Assembly: GCA_050253415.1 (NCBI GenBank)
Contig: JBFWJC010000005.1
Span: 64,001-128,000, forward strand
DNA: 64,000 bases
DNA from: Pedobacter sp.
Lineage (GTDB): Bacteria > Desulfobacterota > Desulfuromonadia > Desulfuromonadales > Syntrophotaleaceae
Direction: 5' to 3'
This document shows, in pieces, positions 51,236 through 61,427 of this stretch (within the stretch, counting starts at the first letter, position 1; each line of letters opens with the position of its first letter). The translations under genes and the position numbers were made by a program. The notes below the pieces were generated by a model. It did no database searches and was not told the origin of the DNA. It saw nothing but the letters and a program-made list of their open reading frames with translations.

Positions 51236-52271
51236 GATGAGTCCCCGTGAGGTTTAAACGTTCTGCGGCAGCGTCGACGACAGCAAGGATCAGTTCATCG
51301 TAAGACAGGCCTGCGGCGCGGGCAGCTTTGGGAAAGCAACTGTTCTGTTCCGGGCGTGGCAATATGCCCGGCAGGGGATTTAATTCAATGATATGAGGTG
51401 CTCCACGGCTATCAAGACGTACGTCGATGCGGCACCAGTCGCGACACCCTAAAACCGTGAAGGCCCGCCGACAAAGGTCTTCAATATCGGCCTGCAACTT
51501 GAAGTCAAGCAGTGCGGGGCAGGTGAAAATTTGCAACGGGTCTTCTTCGCGGTCCCATACCCATTTGGCTTCATAGGAATAGATAGGGTTGACACCGTCC
51601 GGCAGCGCATCGAAATTGATCTCTACGACAGGCAGGATACGTATACCGCTGCCGTTACCGAGTACTGCCACGGTAAACTCACGCCCGGGCAGAAAATCCT
51701 CGATAAGAGCCGGTTGTCGGTATTGTTCCAGCACCTTCTTGACCTGGCGTACCAGGGCCTTACGGTTATGCACCAGGGAAGCATCAGGCACACCTTTGCT
51801 GGAGCCCTCCAGTATCGGTTTGACCATCTGCGGATAACGCAATCGTGAGGGGATCTGGTCTACGGATGTAACCGTGACAAAACGTGGCGTGGCGACACCA
51901 TGATAGGCGAGAATTTCTTTGGTGCGGCGTTTGTCGAGGCAGATACCGAGGGTCACGGGATCGCTGCCGGTGTAGGCAAGACCCAACATGTCGAGCATGG
52001 CCGGCACCTGTGCTTCGCGACTTGCACCGAGTAGCCCCTCCGACATATTAAAAACCAGATCTGGTTTCAACTGTCGCAGGGTTTCAAAAGCATCGAGGTC
52101 TGCTTCCACCAGAGAAACCTGATGTTTGCGTGCCAGGGCTGACTTCACCGCTTCAATGGTGTGTATATCGTCCCATTCGGCGTAAAGGTCGTCATCGGCG
52201 GAGTAAGGTTCGTCGGAAATAGGTAATACGGGGGGAGCCCCCTTCAGATTGAAGGCGAGAGCGATGTGCAT
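51189..52271 (-). CDS. D-Ala-D-Ala-ligase-like ATP-grasp enzyme (1)
   Basis: AEWDD..TI, FNMSEG...SREAQVP, YTGSDP, EGSSKGV, RIDVR, IELNPLPG. Confidence 0.88.
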   Translation of the reverse strand: MHIALAFNLKGAPPVLPISDEPYSADDDLYAEWDDIHTIEAVKSALARKHQVSLVEADLDAFETLRQLKPDLVFNMSEGLLGASREAQVPAMLDMLGLAYTGSDPVTLGICLDKRRTKEILAYHGVATPRFVTVTSVDQIPSRLRYPQMVKPILEGSSKGVPDASLVHNRKALVRQVKKVLEQYRQPALIEDFLPGREFTVAVLGNGSGIRILPVVEINFDALPDGVNPIYSYEAKWVWDREEDPLQIFTCPALLDFKLQADIEDLCRRAFTVLGCRDWCRIDVRLDSRGAPHIIELNPLPGILPRPEQNSCFPKAARAAGLSYDELILAVVDAAAERLNLTGTHHESSCLFQSRTVAVG

Positions 52272-52728
52272 GTTTGAACCCCTTTTTAAAAGCCACGTAC
52301 GAAAAGACCCCCGTAGGGGTTGCCGTTTTTCAGGGGCGGGGTGCCTGGCGGCGGGCGGCGATAAAAAGGGGTTGCTTTTTATGTCGGTCGTCCTGCTGTT
52401 CCCGGCCTGAAACGGCTATGTTTCTTTGCTATATACTCCTGTCCATTTTACCTGTCAACAGTAAAAAAAACGTCTCATAAATGTCTGTAATTATATGGAA
52501 AAAACAACAAAGTAGGCGGTTGTATCCAGCGGTTTTAAAACAAAAAAAAGATTTCGATGCAGCCTCTATCAAGTACGCCTTATAGAGCCTTGGTAGCTTG
52601 ACTTTGAAGGTACATGGGACGTCCATAATCTGAGGTGAAAGTATGGGGCCTTGCCTTGACAAATCACCAGTCGGTAACTACATTGACGGGCGAAATAACA
52701 TGAATATAAAAAGGAGGTTTTAAGACCT

Positions 52729-54576
52729 ATGACGGAAAACGCCAAGGTGGAAAAAGGTAATATTTCCATCCATACTGAAAACATCTTCCCGATTATCAAA
52801 AAATGGCTTTACAGCGAAAAGGAGATCTTCCTGCGGGAACTGGTATCCAACGCCGTGGACGCCATCCACAAACTTCAGCATATTAACCTGATCGAAGGCC
52901 TGCAACTGGCTGATGAATACGCTATCGACATAACCGTGGATAAGGACGCCGGCACTGTTACTATCAAAGATAACGGTATCGGCATGACCGGTGATGAAGT
53001 GCGTAAATATATTAACCAGGTCGCTTTCTCTTCCGCAGAAGAATTCGTCGAAAAATTCAAGGATCTGGAAGATAAAAATCAGATCATCGGGCATTTCGGC
53101 CTGGGCTTTTACTCGGCCTTTATGGTTGCGGAAAAGGTTGAGATTTATACCCGTTCCTATCAAAACGATGCTGCTGCCATGCATTGGGTTTGCGAGGGAT
53201 CGACCGATTATTATCTTGAAGAGTGCGATAAAGAAAAGCGTGGGACCGAGGTGGTTTTGCACCTGTCCGCTGATGAAAAGGAGTTTCTTGAGGCTGTCCG
53301 GATCCGCGAGGTATTGAAGAGATTCTGCAACTTCCTGCCATTACCGATCCGTTTGGCCGGAGATGTGGTGAATGACCAAAATCCTTTGTGGGCTCAGTCT
53401 GCGACGGATCTCACCGACGAAGACTACCTGGGTTTTTATAAAAAGCTCTATCCCCTGGCAGAAGATCCCTTGTTCTGGATCCACCTGAACATTGATTATC
53501 CGTTTAATCTGAAAGGGGTGCTGTATTTCCCCAAGCTGACTACCGAATTCGATGTGGCCAAGAGTTATATCAATCTATTCTGCAATCAGGTTTTTGTTTC
53601 CGACAACTGCCCTGAATTGATACCTGAATTTCTCAATCCCCTGCAGGGTTGTCTCGACGCTCCTGATCTGCCCCTCAACGTCTCCCGCAGCTATCTGCAG
53701 AACGAACCTCAGGTTCGTAAAATCCGCGAAGTCATCAGCAGTCGCGTAGCTGCCAAAATTGCCGAACTCGGTAAAGGCGATCGCGATAATTTCATCCCCG
53801 TGTGGGACAATATCCATACGTTTGTCAAGTATGGCATGATGCGCGATGATAAATTTTACGACAAACTTAAGGATCAGGTCATTTATCGCATCGCAGGTAA
53901 GGGTGACTATACCACTCTGCCCGAATATCTAGAGAGAGCTGCCGGCAAACACACCGATAAGGTGTTCTATACCAATAATGAAGCGGCTCAAAGTACCTAT
54001 CTGAAACTTTTCGCCAACCAAGGCATGGAAGTTCTGGTGCTTGATAGCCTCATCGATAGCCATTTCCTCCAGTTTCAGGAGATGAAAAACGATAAGGTAA
54101 GTTTTCAACGGGTCGACAGCGATCTGACCGAGAACCTCATTGAAGAGGACTCCAAAATCCAGTTGCCCGGCAAGGATGAACGTAAGGAGCGGGCAGAGCT
54201 TATTCAAAAAGCATTCGAAGAAACACTGAAGGTAGATGGGCTTTCGGTGCGAGTAGAAAATCTCAAGGATGACAGCGTTCCGGGGATGGTGATTCTTTCA
54301 GAACATACGCGTCGTTTGCAGGAAATGACCAAAATGATGGGCAAGGGGGATGAAAATCTTTTCGGTGGTCATACCCTGTGTCTTAACGCCAAGTCCCCCG
54401 TGGTCGAAACCATCCTGGGCCTTAAAGATCAGGGCCGTGAAGAGGATGCCTCCATGCTCATGGAGCAAATCTATGACCTTTCTATGCTGCCTCACTGCGC
54501 CTTTGATAAAGATCGTATGGCGGCGTTTCTGGAGCGTAGCAATCGGATTCTCTGTAAATTCGGGTCCCTCGGTTAA
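52729..54576 (+). CDS. htpG: Chaperone HtpG (Hsp90)
   Basis: LYSEKEIFLRELVSNAVDA, DNGIGM, IGHFGLGFYSAF, LPLNVSRS. Confidence 0.95.
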   Translation: MTENAKVEKGNISIHTENIFPIIKKWLYSEKEIFLRELVSNAVDAIHKLQHINLIEGLQLADEYAIDITVDKDAGTVTIKDNGIGMTGDEVRKYINQVAFSSAEEFVEKFKDLEDKNQIIGHFGLGFYSAFMVAEKVEIYTRSYQNDAAAMHWVCEGSTDYYLEECDKEKRGTEVVLHLSADEKEFLEAVRIREVLKRFCNFLPLPIRLAGDVVNDQNPLWAQSATDLTDEDYLGFYKKLYPLAEDPLFWIHLNIDYPFNLKGVLYFPKLTTEFDVAKSYINLFCNQVFVSDNCPELIPEFLNPLQGCLDAPDLPLNVSRSYLQNEPQVRKIREVISSRVAAKIAELGKGDRDNFIPVWDNIHTFVKYGMMRDDKFYDKLKDQVIYRIAGKGDYTTLPEYLERAAGKHTDKVFYTNNEAAQSTYLKLFANQGMEVLVLDSLIDSHFLQFQEMKNDKVSFQRVDSDLTENLIEEDSKIQLPGKDERKERAELIQKAFEETLKVDGLSVRVENLKDDSVPGMVILSEHTRRLQEMTKMMGKGDENLFGGHTLCLNAKSPVVETILGLKDQGREEDASMLMEQIYDLSMLPHCAFDKDRMAAFLERSNRILCKFGSLG

Positions 54577-54585
54577 CGGATGTGG

Positions 54586-54629
54586 TCGCTGCCCTGCGAC
54601 AGGATAGTCTCAGGGCAGCGGATCTTTTT
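54586..54629 (+). terminator. Terminator after htpG
   Basis: cgctgccctg...cagggcagcg followed by a T run. Confidence 0.65.
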
Positions 54630-54736
54630 CCTGCATCTAATCATGCACATAAGGTATACGTTGCATAAGGACTCCATGCTCTGGTATTTTAGAGAAATAG
54701 TGTTTTAAAAATATTCGTGTGGGGAGGTAACTCGGT

Positions 54737-54970
54737 ATGCTGTTTCGCAACAAGTGCTCGGCCTGTGACTTTTGGACTATTTTTGAGTTGAAAACAGAAA
54801 GTGATAACGCCCTTAAAATTTGTACCCATTGCATGGACCAGACCGAGGTGACCAATGACGGTCGACTGGAAATCAGCATTCGCGATGGTGAAAACGATGT
54901 GAAAGCACTGGAAGGTCATTTCCCGGTGTTGTCCCAGTTGAAAAATCGCGGAGACCACGTGAAATTCTAA
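54737..54970 (+). CDS. Small CxxC...CxxC (zinc-ribbon-like) protein, paralog 1
   Basis: RBS ggaggt; CSAC...CTHC...QLKNRGDHVK. Confidence 0.7.
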   Translation: MLFRNKCSACDFWTIFELKTESDNALKICTHCMDQTEVTNDGRLEISIRDGENDVKALEGHFPVLSQLKNRGDHVKF

Positions 54971-55093
54971 AGGTTGTTACAGTTTGCGGATAGTTTTTAA
55001 CGGACGGTAGACTTCGGTCCATATGATGACCTTGTCGACAATCAATAACGGGAGAGGATAACCGGCCTTTTGGCTTGGTTTCTGGATGACATT

Positions 55094-55357
55094 ATGCAAA
55101 AAACTAAACAAGTTGAACCGATTCTTCATCGGCAAAAATGTCCGGCATGCGAATACTACACGGTATACCGTGCGATTCCGGCTGGTGATAAAGCCCTCGA
55201 TACCTGTACCCATTGCGGCCATCAGGTGGCCATCGCTTGGCATCATGAAATCAAGGCGGTTTTCAAAAATACCGAAAAATTTCTAAAAAATATGGAAGAG
55301 ATGTGTCCCGAGCTTAAACAACTTAAAAATCCTGGCGATCATATCAAGCTCGACTGA
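55094..55357 (+). CDS. Small CxxC...CxxC (zinc-ribbon-like) protein, paralog 2
   Basis: CPAC...CTHC...QLKNPGDHIK; alignable by eye to paralog 1. Confidence 0.7.
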   Translation: MQKTKQVEPILHRQKCPACEYYTVYRAIPAGDKALDTCTHCGHQVAIAWHHEIKAVFKNTEKFLKNMEEMCPELKQLKNPGDHIKLD

Positions 55358-55420
55358 CCATCTTCGCGATTCCATGATATCGCACCATATTTTCAATTTG
55401 ATGAGGCTATGGAGACCTAA

Positions 55421-55693
55421 ATGAAAACAACGCTTATCATACCCGATGCTGCAGTAGCCGAGAAACATGGGCTGGAAACGGTAACCGAACTGTTGTGCAA
55501 CGAGGAGTACTGTGCAACTTCCTACGGATACCCCGTCTTTCAATTGCCTAATGGTGACATTTTTGATGGCCCCACATTTCGCGAATTACGTGAGGCTTGC
55601 GGGGCTACCCTGGAAACCAACTGCCTGGTAAAAGTCTGTCTTGGGCTCGGTATGCCTAAGACCGAACCGGGTGTTGTGGTTATCGAAGATTGA
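55421..55693 (+). CDS. Small hypothetical protein
   Basis: RBS ggag, co-oriented open frame; no family recognised. Confidence 0.55.
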   Translation: MKTTLIIPDAAVAEKHGLETVTELLCNEEYCATSYGYPVFQLPNGDIFDGPTFRELREACGATLETNCLVKVCLGLGMPKTEPGVVVIED

Positions 55694-55787
55694 TGGTTTT
55701 TCTGGTGTAAAATATAAGGAGCGATGATTGCTGAAGGAGGTCAACCAGATATTTTGTTAGCAACTGTTTGAGAAAGGAACCCCAGTC

Positions 55788-55994
55788 ATGATGATTTCTG
55801 TGCAGTATAAAGATGGGACCTACGATCGGGTCAAAGATATCTATCTCGATCAACTTATCGGTGCAAACAAAGTCGACGTTTTTTGGAGGACATCCGGACC
55901 TGTGGTTGTAGGCCGCGACCCTGTTCGCGGGAAACATAACGCCTCGCTATACCGAGGTGTTGAACGCAGGTTTCATCGTTCATCTCAGTATTGA
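55788..55994 (+). CDS. GSU3473-family small protein
   Basis: MISVQYKDG.YDRV...LD.LI...F.R.SG.VVVGRDPVRG...ERR pattern recalled from Desulfuromonadales. Confidence 0.7.
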   Translation: MMISVQYKDGTYDRVKDIYLDQLIGANKVDVFWRTSGPVVVGRDPVRGKHNASLYRGVERRFHRSSQY

Positions 55995-56154
55995 TGCGAG
56001 ATTCATTCGATTTCCTTTTTGTCTGTATCATTAATCCCGATCTCTGGAGAAGATTTTCGCTTCAGATATCGGGATAGTTTATAAATGTATCACCTGTTTG
56101 ATAAGTAAAATATCCATCAAAATTCCTTCCCATTGTCCTGATTTCATCCATCAC

Positions 56155-57816
56155 TCAGGTTTTATTAATTCCCTTCCCTTTTTGCAAGAGCACCTTTACT
56201 GGAAAATATATAAAGAGTAAAAAAAGTGCCAGTAAACTAACAAGCTTACCTGACACTTCCCAAACATCTTCGACAAGTTTCAACGTAATAATATGATTAC
56301 CAGGGGGAACGGATACCTGTATCATGCCATTTTCCCCAGGTATTGCTTCAATATAGTTTTTAGCGTTGTTTATTCGGATTTTCCATAGAGGTAAATAGAA
56401 CTGATTGATTGTGACCGTAAATGGATGATTTGAAGATCCCTGCATTTCAATATCTCTCGGCAACCATTTTAGGATTCTTATTTGACCCACACCAGAGATA
56501 TTGAACCTATTATCTAATTTATTTAATTTTCTATGATGAATAGCTAATACTGTTTCATTAGAAGACCATCGAGGAAGATACTCAACGACGCCAACTTTGG
56601 CTTTAGTTTCACGTGAGACCCTAGTTATTTGTTTGTAGGACAATTCCTGAATCTTAAATGGAACAAGTTTTATAAATACAGATGCAACTTGTGAAATAAG
56701 AATAACAATCACAAAAAGTTTCAATACAAAGGCAATTTTATTAATTGTGTAATTCCTGAAATTTAATATTATAGAAATTGACACTATTGTTGCAATCAAG
56801 GTTATTTGATTTAATCTCCAAGGAAATTGTATTTTGCTTATCAATGGAATTGACTGCCAAATAAATGAAGAAATCTCAAACATCATAAAAATAGAAAGGC
56901 AACCGGAGAGAATCCAGAATGAGAGATCTTTATTTTTTGGTGTTTTAATTATGGTGCATATTATCAGTAAAATTAGATTGATTAAGGATAATCCTAGAAA
57001 GTAATTATTGTTTATTCCTTTTTCAAACGATAAAAAGTGATTATATAGTGAATAAGTTCCTTCCCACATTTTATTTAAACTTATGTATTTTTGATAAAAA
57101 ATCATTGGAAATATGTAGAATGAAGACAATAAAATACCGTAAAGCATAGAGAGTGATACGTATAATAAGTTTCTTATATAGTTATTTGTAGTTATTGGGT
57201 ATATTAATAATAGTGGCGTTAGAATTAAAAAAGTTGGTATGTGAGTTACTAGAAGTAATGCATAAGATATTGATAGACCTATTGTTGCCTTCTTTTGGCT
57301 GTGGAAAACTCCTATAGCAAAATAAAATATGAGTGGAGTCCAGGTGAATGCCCATATTTCTGGATAAGAAAATCTTTGATAAAAATTCACAAGTAAATGG
57401 AATGGTGCCAAGATGTAAAAAAGAGATAAAAAGAAAGCATATTTTTGTTGCGTATAATTTTTTAAAAGTGTGTAACAGGTGACACCAGATAAACCAAGAG
57501 CTAAGCCAATAGAATAATAAAGGGCATACCACTTTGGATGATGGTCTGGAATAAAATACTCGAAGAATGAAGAGATATAAAACGGTAATGGTGGGTAAAA
57601 AAAGAAAACTGGGCTACCTCGCCCTCCATTCATATCTATCAACCATCTTGGGTACCATTCTCCGGCGAGAAATTGGTCCGAGAAGCAATTATGCCAATTT
57701 GAGTATATGAGAATGTCATGACTTACAATCATTCCTTGGTAGAAGGCTGGAATTGTCAAAAGAAATCCCAAGGCAATAAATATTAAGTAAACTAATATGT
57801 TAGATTTGGGATTCAT
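56155..57816 (-). CDS. Polytopic membrane protein, PTPS-related/YfhO-like (putative GT-C glycosyltransferase)
   Basis: WYPRW...NGGRGSPVFFFYPPL, many TM segments, IQFPWR, EYLP; very AT-rich. Confidence 0.75.
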   Translation of the reverse strand: MNPKSNILVYLIFIALGFLLTIPAFYQGMIVSHDILIYSNWHNCFSDQFLAGEWYPRWLIDMNGGRGSPVFFFYPPLPFYISSFFEYFIPDHHPKWYALYYSIGLALGLSGVTCYTLLKNYTQQKYAFFLSLFYILAPFHLLVNFYQRFSYPEIWAFTWTPLIFYFAIGVFHSQKKATIGLSISYALLLVTHIPTFLILTPLLLIYPITTNNYIRNLLYVSLSMLYGILLSSFYIFPMIFYQKYISLNKMWEGTYSLYNHFLSFEKGINNNYFLGLSLINLILLIICTIIKTPKNKDLSFWILSGCLSIFMMFEISSFIWQSIPLISKIQFPWRLNQITLIATIVSISIILNFRNYTINKIAFVLKLFVIVILISQVASVFIKLVPFKIQELSYKQITRVSRETKAKVGVVEYLPRWSSNETVLAIHHRKLNKLDNRFNISGVGQIRILKWLPRDIEMQGSSNHPFTVTINQFYLPLWKIRINNAKNYIEAIPGENGMIQVSVPPGNHIITLKLVEDVWEVSGKLVSLLALFLLFIYFPVKVLLQKGKGINKT

Positions 57817-57927
57817 ATATCACATTGATACCTATAAACGTATGGTTCGCAGAACATTTTATCTTAAGTGTGTGTCGGCCGAAGCCTTTTGGCGATAGCC
57901 TTTTCGTCGGTTATCAAATAATCTGAA

Positions 57928-59049
57928 TCAAGCTAGTTTTCTTCCTACTATTTTCCAGATAAGAATCGTCACGGTTGCACTAAGATATCCATCCACTGCG
58001 TAGTGCCAGCCAAGGTGGATCGATCCTATTTGGATGACCACTGCAAAAAAAATCAATAACCAACCTGCCCACCGATCTATGTTTCTATACAGTAGAGCCA
58101 ATAATACTGCGATGGATACATGCATGCTTGGCATGGCGGAAATCCCACCAAGGGGCATGAACCGTCCTATTTGGAAAGCTTCCCAGAGTGATGTTTGGAT
58201 GCCTACGGCCCTGATGCCTGGAATACTATTCAGGTATTCAAAGAGTCCAGCGTAGGGATTGGCGGCAACTCCGGTAACTTCTGAAAAATAGCAGGGTCCG
58301 GCTGATGAGAAAAGTATAGCCAGTATGTTGCCTATCAAAATCCAGCAACAAGCTAAAGAAATAAAAAATTTTAGCCTTAGCTGCCGGTCGGAATGGCAGG
58401 CCATATATAAAAGAGTGTATGCGAATAGCGATACCCATGCCAGATAACAAAAATCGATAAAGAGTGTTATCGGGGGATACCCTATAACCGATTGCAGGAT
58501 TTCCCATGGTGAATGATTGAAGTGTAAAACTTTGTCAATTTTATAAAACGTTAAATCAAATGAGAAAAACTTCCATAAAGGAATGGTCTGCTTGATACTG
58601 CTATAAGAGCAGGCAAAAATTGGTAAAATTGAAAAAATAACAATAAATCTGGTTATGGTGGTTGAGGAAATGTATTGTTCTTTTAATTTTGACCAGATTA
58701 TTGGGATGCCATTGAAACCGTCTTTTGGATTCTTTATTAAGTAAACAACAGTAGAAAATGACCACATGAAAAAGAAAAATGCAAATAGGTATTCAAAAAA
58801 ATCAATATAGTAATAAAAAACATTCCCTGTAATATTAAAACCAATAATATGTCCAATTACAAAAGTGGATGCATAATAAAGTATACATATGTATACAAGT
58901 ACTATGTTTTCAATTAACGACGACTTTAAATCAACAATAAATCTTAATAAAATCAGTGGAATTTGTCCATCGACTAAAGAAAACGAGGAAGACTCTTGGA
59001 TTAGATAGGGTAGGTTGCATTTGAGAATTTTAGATATATAATTTCTCAT
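57928..59049 (-). CDS. PAP2-superfamily membrane phosphatase/phosphotransferase (AUR1/IPC-synthase-like branch)
   Basis: SAGPCYF, SAMPSMH, HLGWHYAVDG; multiple TM segments. Confidence 0.8.
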   Translation of the reverse strand: MRNYISKILKCNLPYLIQESSSFSLVDGQIPLILLRFIVDLKSSLIENIVLVYICILYYASTFVIGHIIGFNITGNVFYYYIDFFEYLFAFFFFMWSFSTVVYLIKNPKDGFNGIPIIWSKLKEQYISSTTITRFIVIFSILPIFACSYSSIKQTIPLWKFFSFDLTFYKIDKVLHFNHSPWEILQSVIGYPPITLFIDFCYLAWVSLFAYTLLYMACHSDRQLRLKFFISLACCWILIGNILAILFSSAGPCYFSEVTGVAANPYAGLFEYLNSIPGIRAVGIQTSLWEAFQIGRFMPLGGISAMPSMHVSIAVLLALLYRNIDRWAGWLLIFFAVVIQIGSIHLGWHYAVDGYLSATVTILIWKIVGRKLA

Positions 59050-59272
59050 GATTTGATAATGGTCCCGATGTTTAACAGCAATTCCGGTTGTTATCCCGAA
59101 TGAAGGTCATATGATTCCTAAAGGGACTTAAATTTAACCTGAAAGAAAAACAGTATATAAACCACAAGTTTATGATGCTAAACTATAACCATTAAAAATG
59201 ATTTTTCAAACGTTGAAGTGTTACATAGTCAATTATCTTAATATAACATAATGCCGATAGGGCTTTTTTGAT

Positions 59273-60277
59273 ATGAAGTTAATCATCCAGATCCCCTGTT
59301 ATAACGAAGCCGAAATCCTTGATATTACACTGGGCCTTCTTCCGAGGGAGGTGCCTGGATTCGACCGGGTCGAATGGCTGGTCATAAACGATGGCAGTAC
59401 CGATGCAACTTTGGCAGTGGCTAAACGTTTTGGCGTGGATCACGTTGTTTCTTTTAAGAAGAATCAGGGGTTGGCAAAAGGTTTTATGGCCGGTCTGGAT
59501 GCTTGCATTAAGAACGGTGCCGATGTCATCGTCAACCTTGATGCGGATAACCAGTACTGTGTTGACGATATCCCCGCGCTTGTTGATCCGATTCTGCAGG
59601 GCAGGGCTGATCTGGTGGTAGGTGCCAGACCCATCGGTAAGATCGAACATTTCTCCCCACTTAAAAAGTTTTTGCAGAAAGTCGGTAGTTGGGTTGTAAG
59701 GCAGGCGAGCAAAACAGACGTACCCGATGCACCGAGCGGATTTAGAGCTTTCAGCCGTGATGCCGCCATGCGCATCAACGTTTTCAATAAATATACTTAT
59801 ACCCTGGAAACTCTTATCCAGGCTGGTCGGCAGAATATGGCGATCATTTGGGTGCCGGTTAGGGTCAACGGAAATCTTCGTCCATCGCGCCTGATCAAGA
59901 GCCTTCGTTCTTACCTGTGGAAATCGTTGGTGACCATCATTCGCATCTTTGTGGTTTATCTCCCCTTTCGATTTTTCATGGGCATCGGTTTGTTTCTTTT
60001 TGTGCCCGGTTTCTTGTTGGGAGCGCGATTTCTTTATTACTATTTTGGTGGAGATGGGGCAGGGCACGTTCAATCGGTCATTTTGTCCAGCGTTCTGCTG
60101 GGCATGGGATTTCAAACGATGCTGGTTGCTTTTTTGGCAGATTTGCTGGCTGCCAATCGCCAGATGGTTGAAGATATCCGGTTTCGTATCAAGAATCTCG
60201 AAAACGGCGGAGCCTATTCACTGAGCGCTATAAGGAGGACGGATGAAGCTTCTGATAGATCTACAGCATCCAGCTGA
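59273..60277 (+). CDS. GT2 glycosyltransferase, polyprenol-phosphate type with C-terminal TM helices
   Basis: IQIPCYNE, INDGSTD, NLDADNQY, DAPSGFRA, two C-terminal TMs. Confidence 0.9.
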   Translation: MKLIIQIPCYNEAEILDITLGLLPREVPGFDRVEWLVINDGSTDATLAVAKRFGVDHVVSFKKNQGLAKGFMAGLDACIKNGADVIVNLDADNQYCVDDIPALVDPILQGRADLVVGARPIGKIEHFSPLKKFLQKVGSWVVRQASKTDVPDAPSGFRAFSRDAAMRINVFNKYTYTLETLIQAGRQNMAIIWVPVRVNGNLRPSRLIKSLRSYLWKSLVTIIRIFVVYLPFRFFMGIGLFLFVPGFLLGARFLYYYFGGDGAGHVQSVILSSVLLGMGFQTMLVAFLADLLAANRQMVEDIRFRIKNLENGGAYSLSAIRRTDEASDRSTASS

Positions 60278-61262
60278 CTTTCATTTTTTCCGTCCATTAG
60301 TGACGCGCCTCCAAGCGGAGGGGCATAATGTACGGTTAACCGGACGGGATAAGGATATTCTGGTGCAACTTGCGGCGGAATATGGAATGGACGTTGAGAT
60401 TTTCGGTCGGGCCCGAAAGGGTATTTGGAATCTTGGGCTGGAACTGATCTACAGGCAATGGCGACTTCTGGGTATTGTGAAGAAATTCAGGCCGGATTTG
60501 ATGATGTCCCTTGGCGGAACCTATGTAAGTCTGGTAGGAAGGCTATTGGGAGTGCCAACCTATGTCTTTTATGACACCGAGCATGCCACACTGTCCAATC
60601 TATTGTCCTATCCCTTCGCCAGCTGCATCTATGTGCCGCGCTGCTATCGTAAGCAGATCCGGTGGCGGCATCAGCGTTATAATGGATACCATGAGTTGGC
60701 ATATCTCCATCCCGATTATTTCACTCCCGACAAAACCGTCCTCGATGAAGTTGGCATCAAAGAAGGGGCGATCTTTAGCGTTGTGCGCTTTGTAGCCTGG
60801 GGCGCAGCCCACGATTTTGGTCTTTCGGGGTTCACTCTAGAAAACAAGCTCCGGGCGGTGAATGATTTGAGCAAGTTTGGACCGGTTTTTATTTCGGCGG
60901 AAGGGCCCTTGCCGGAGGAATTGGAAAAATTCCGTTTCCCCCTTAAGCTCAGTCGCATCCATCACCTTATGGCGTTTGCATCCCTCATATTCGGAGAAAG
61001 CGCTACTATGGCGTCCGAAGGGGCTGTTTTGGGAGTACCAGGTGTTTATGTCGATCCGGTAGGGCGTGGCTACACTGACGAGCAAGAACGCGAGTATAGG
61101 CTTGTTTTTAACTTTACCTCTGATCGCCAGGATGAGGCGATTGCTAAAGCAGTTGAAATCCTGGCCGAGTATTCTCCAGAAGAATGGATAGCCAAGAGGA
61201 AACGGTTGGTTGCAGAAAAAATCGATGTGACCGAGATGCTTCACGGGATAGCAAAGGGGTGA
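60243..61262 (+). CDS. DUF354-type GT-B fold protein
   Basis: IDLQHPADFHFF, YDTEHA, YHELAYLHP, GESATMASE.A.LGVP. Confidence 0.8.
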   Translation: MKLLIDLQHPADFHFFRPLVTRLQAEGHNVRLTGRDKDILVQLAAEYGMDVEIFGRARKGIWNLGLELIYRQWRLLGIVKKFRPDLMMSLGGTYVSLVGRLLGVPTYVFYDTEHATLSNLLSYPFASCIYVPRCYRKQIRWRHQRYNGYHELAYLHPDYFTPDKTVLDEVGIKEGAIFSVVRFVAWGAAHDFGLSGFTLENKLRAVNDLSKFGPVFISAEGPLPEELEKFRFPLKLSRIHHLMAFASLIFGESATMASEGAVLGVPGVYVDPVGRGYTDEQEREYRLVFNFTSDRQDEAIAKAVEILAEYSPEEWIAKRKRLVAEKIDVTEMLHGIAKG

Positions 61263-61427
61263 AAAAGAATCATGTTGTGCCAATATTGGGTATTGATTAA
61301 ACCGATGCATTTTCTAACTTTTTCGGGGAAATAGGGTGACATAGATAAAATTCTAAATTTCCTGGTCAGTACTGTCTGTTCCACGAATACGCTTGATCTT
61401 GAATTGAGTGAATCGAAAAGGTTGCCA

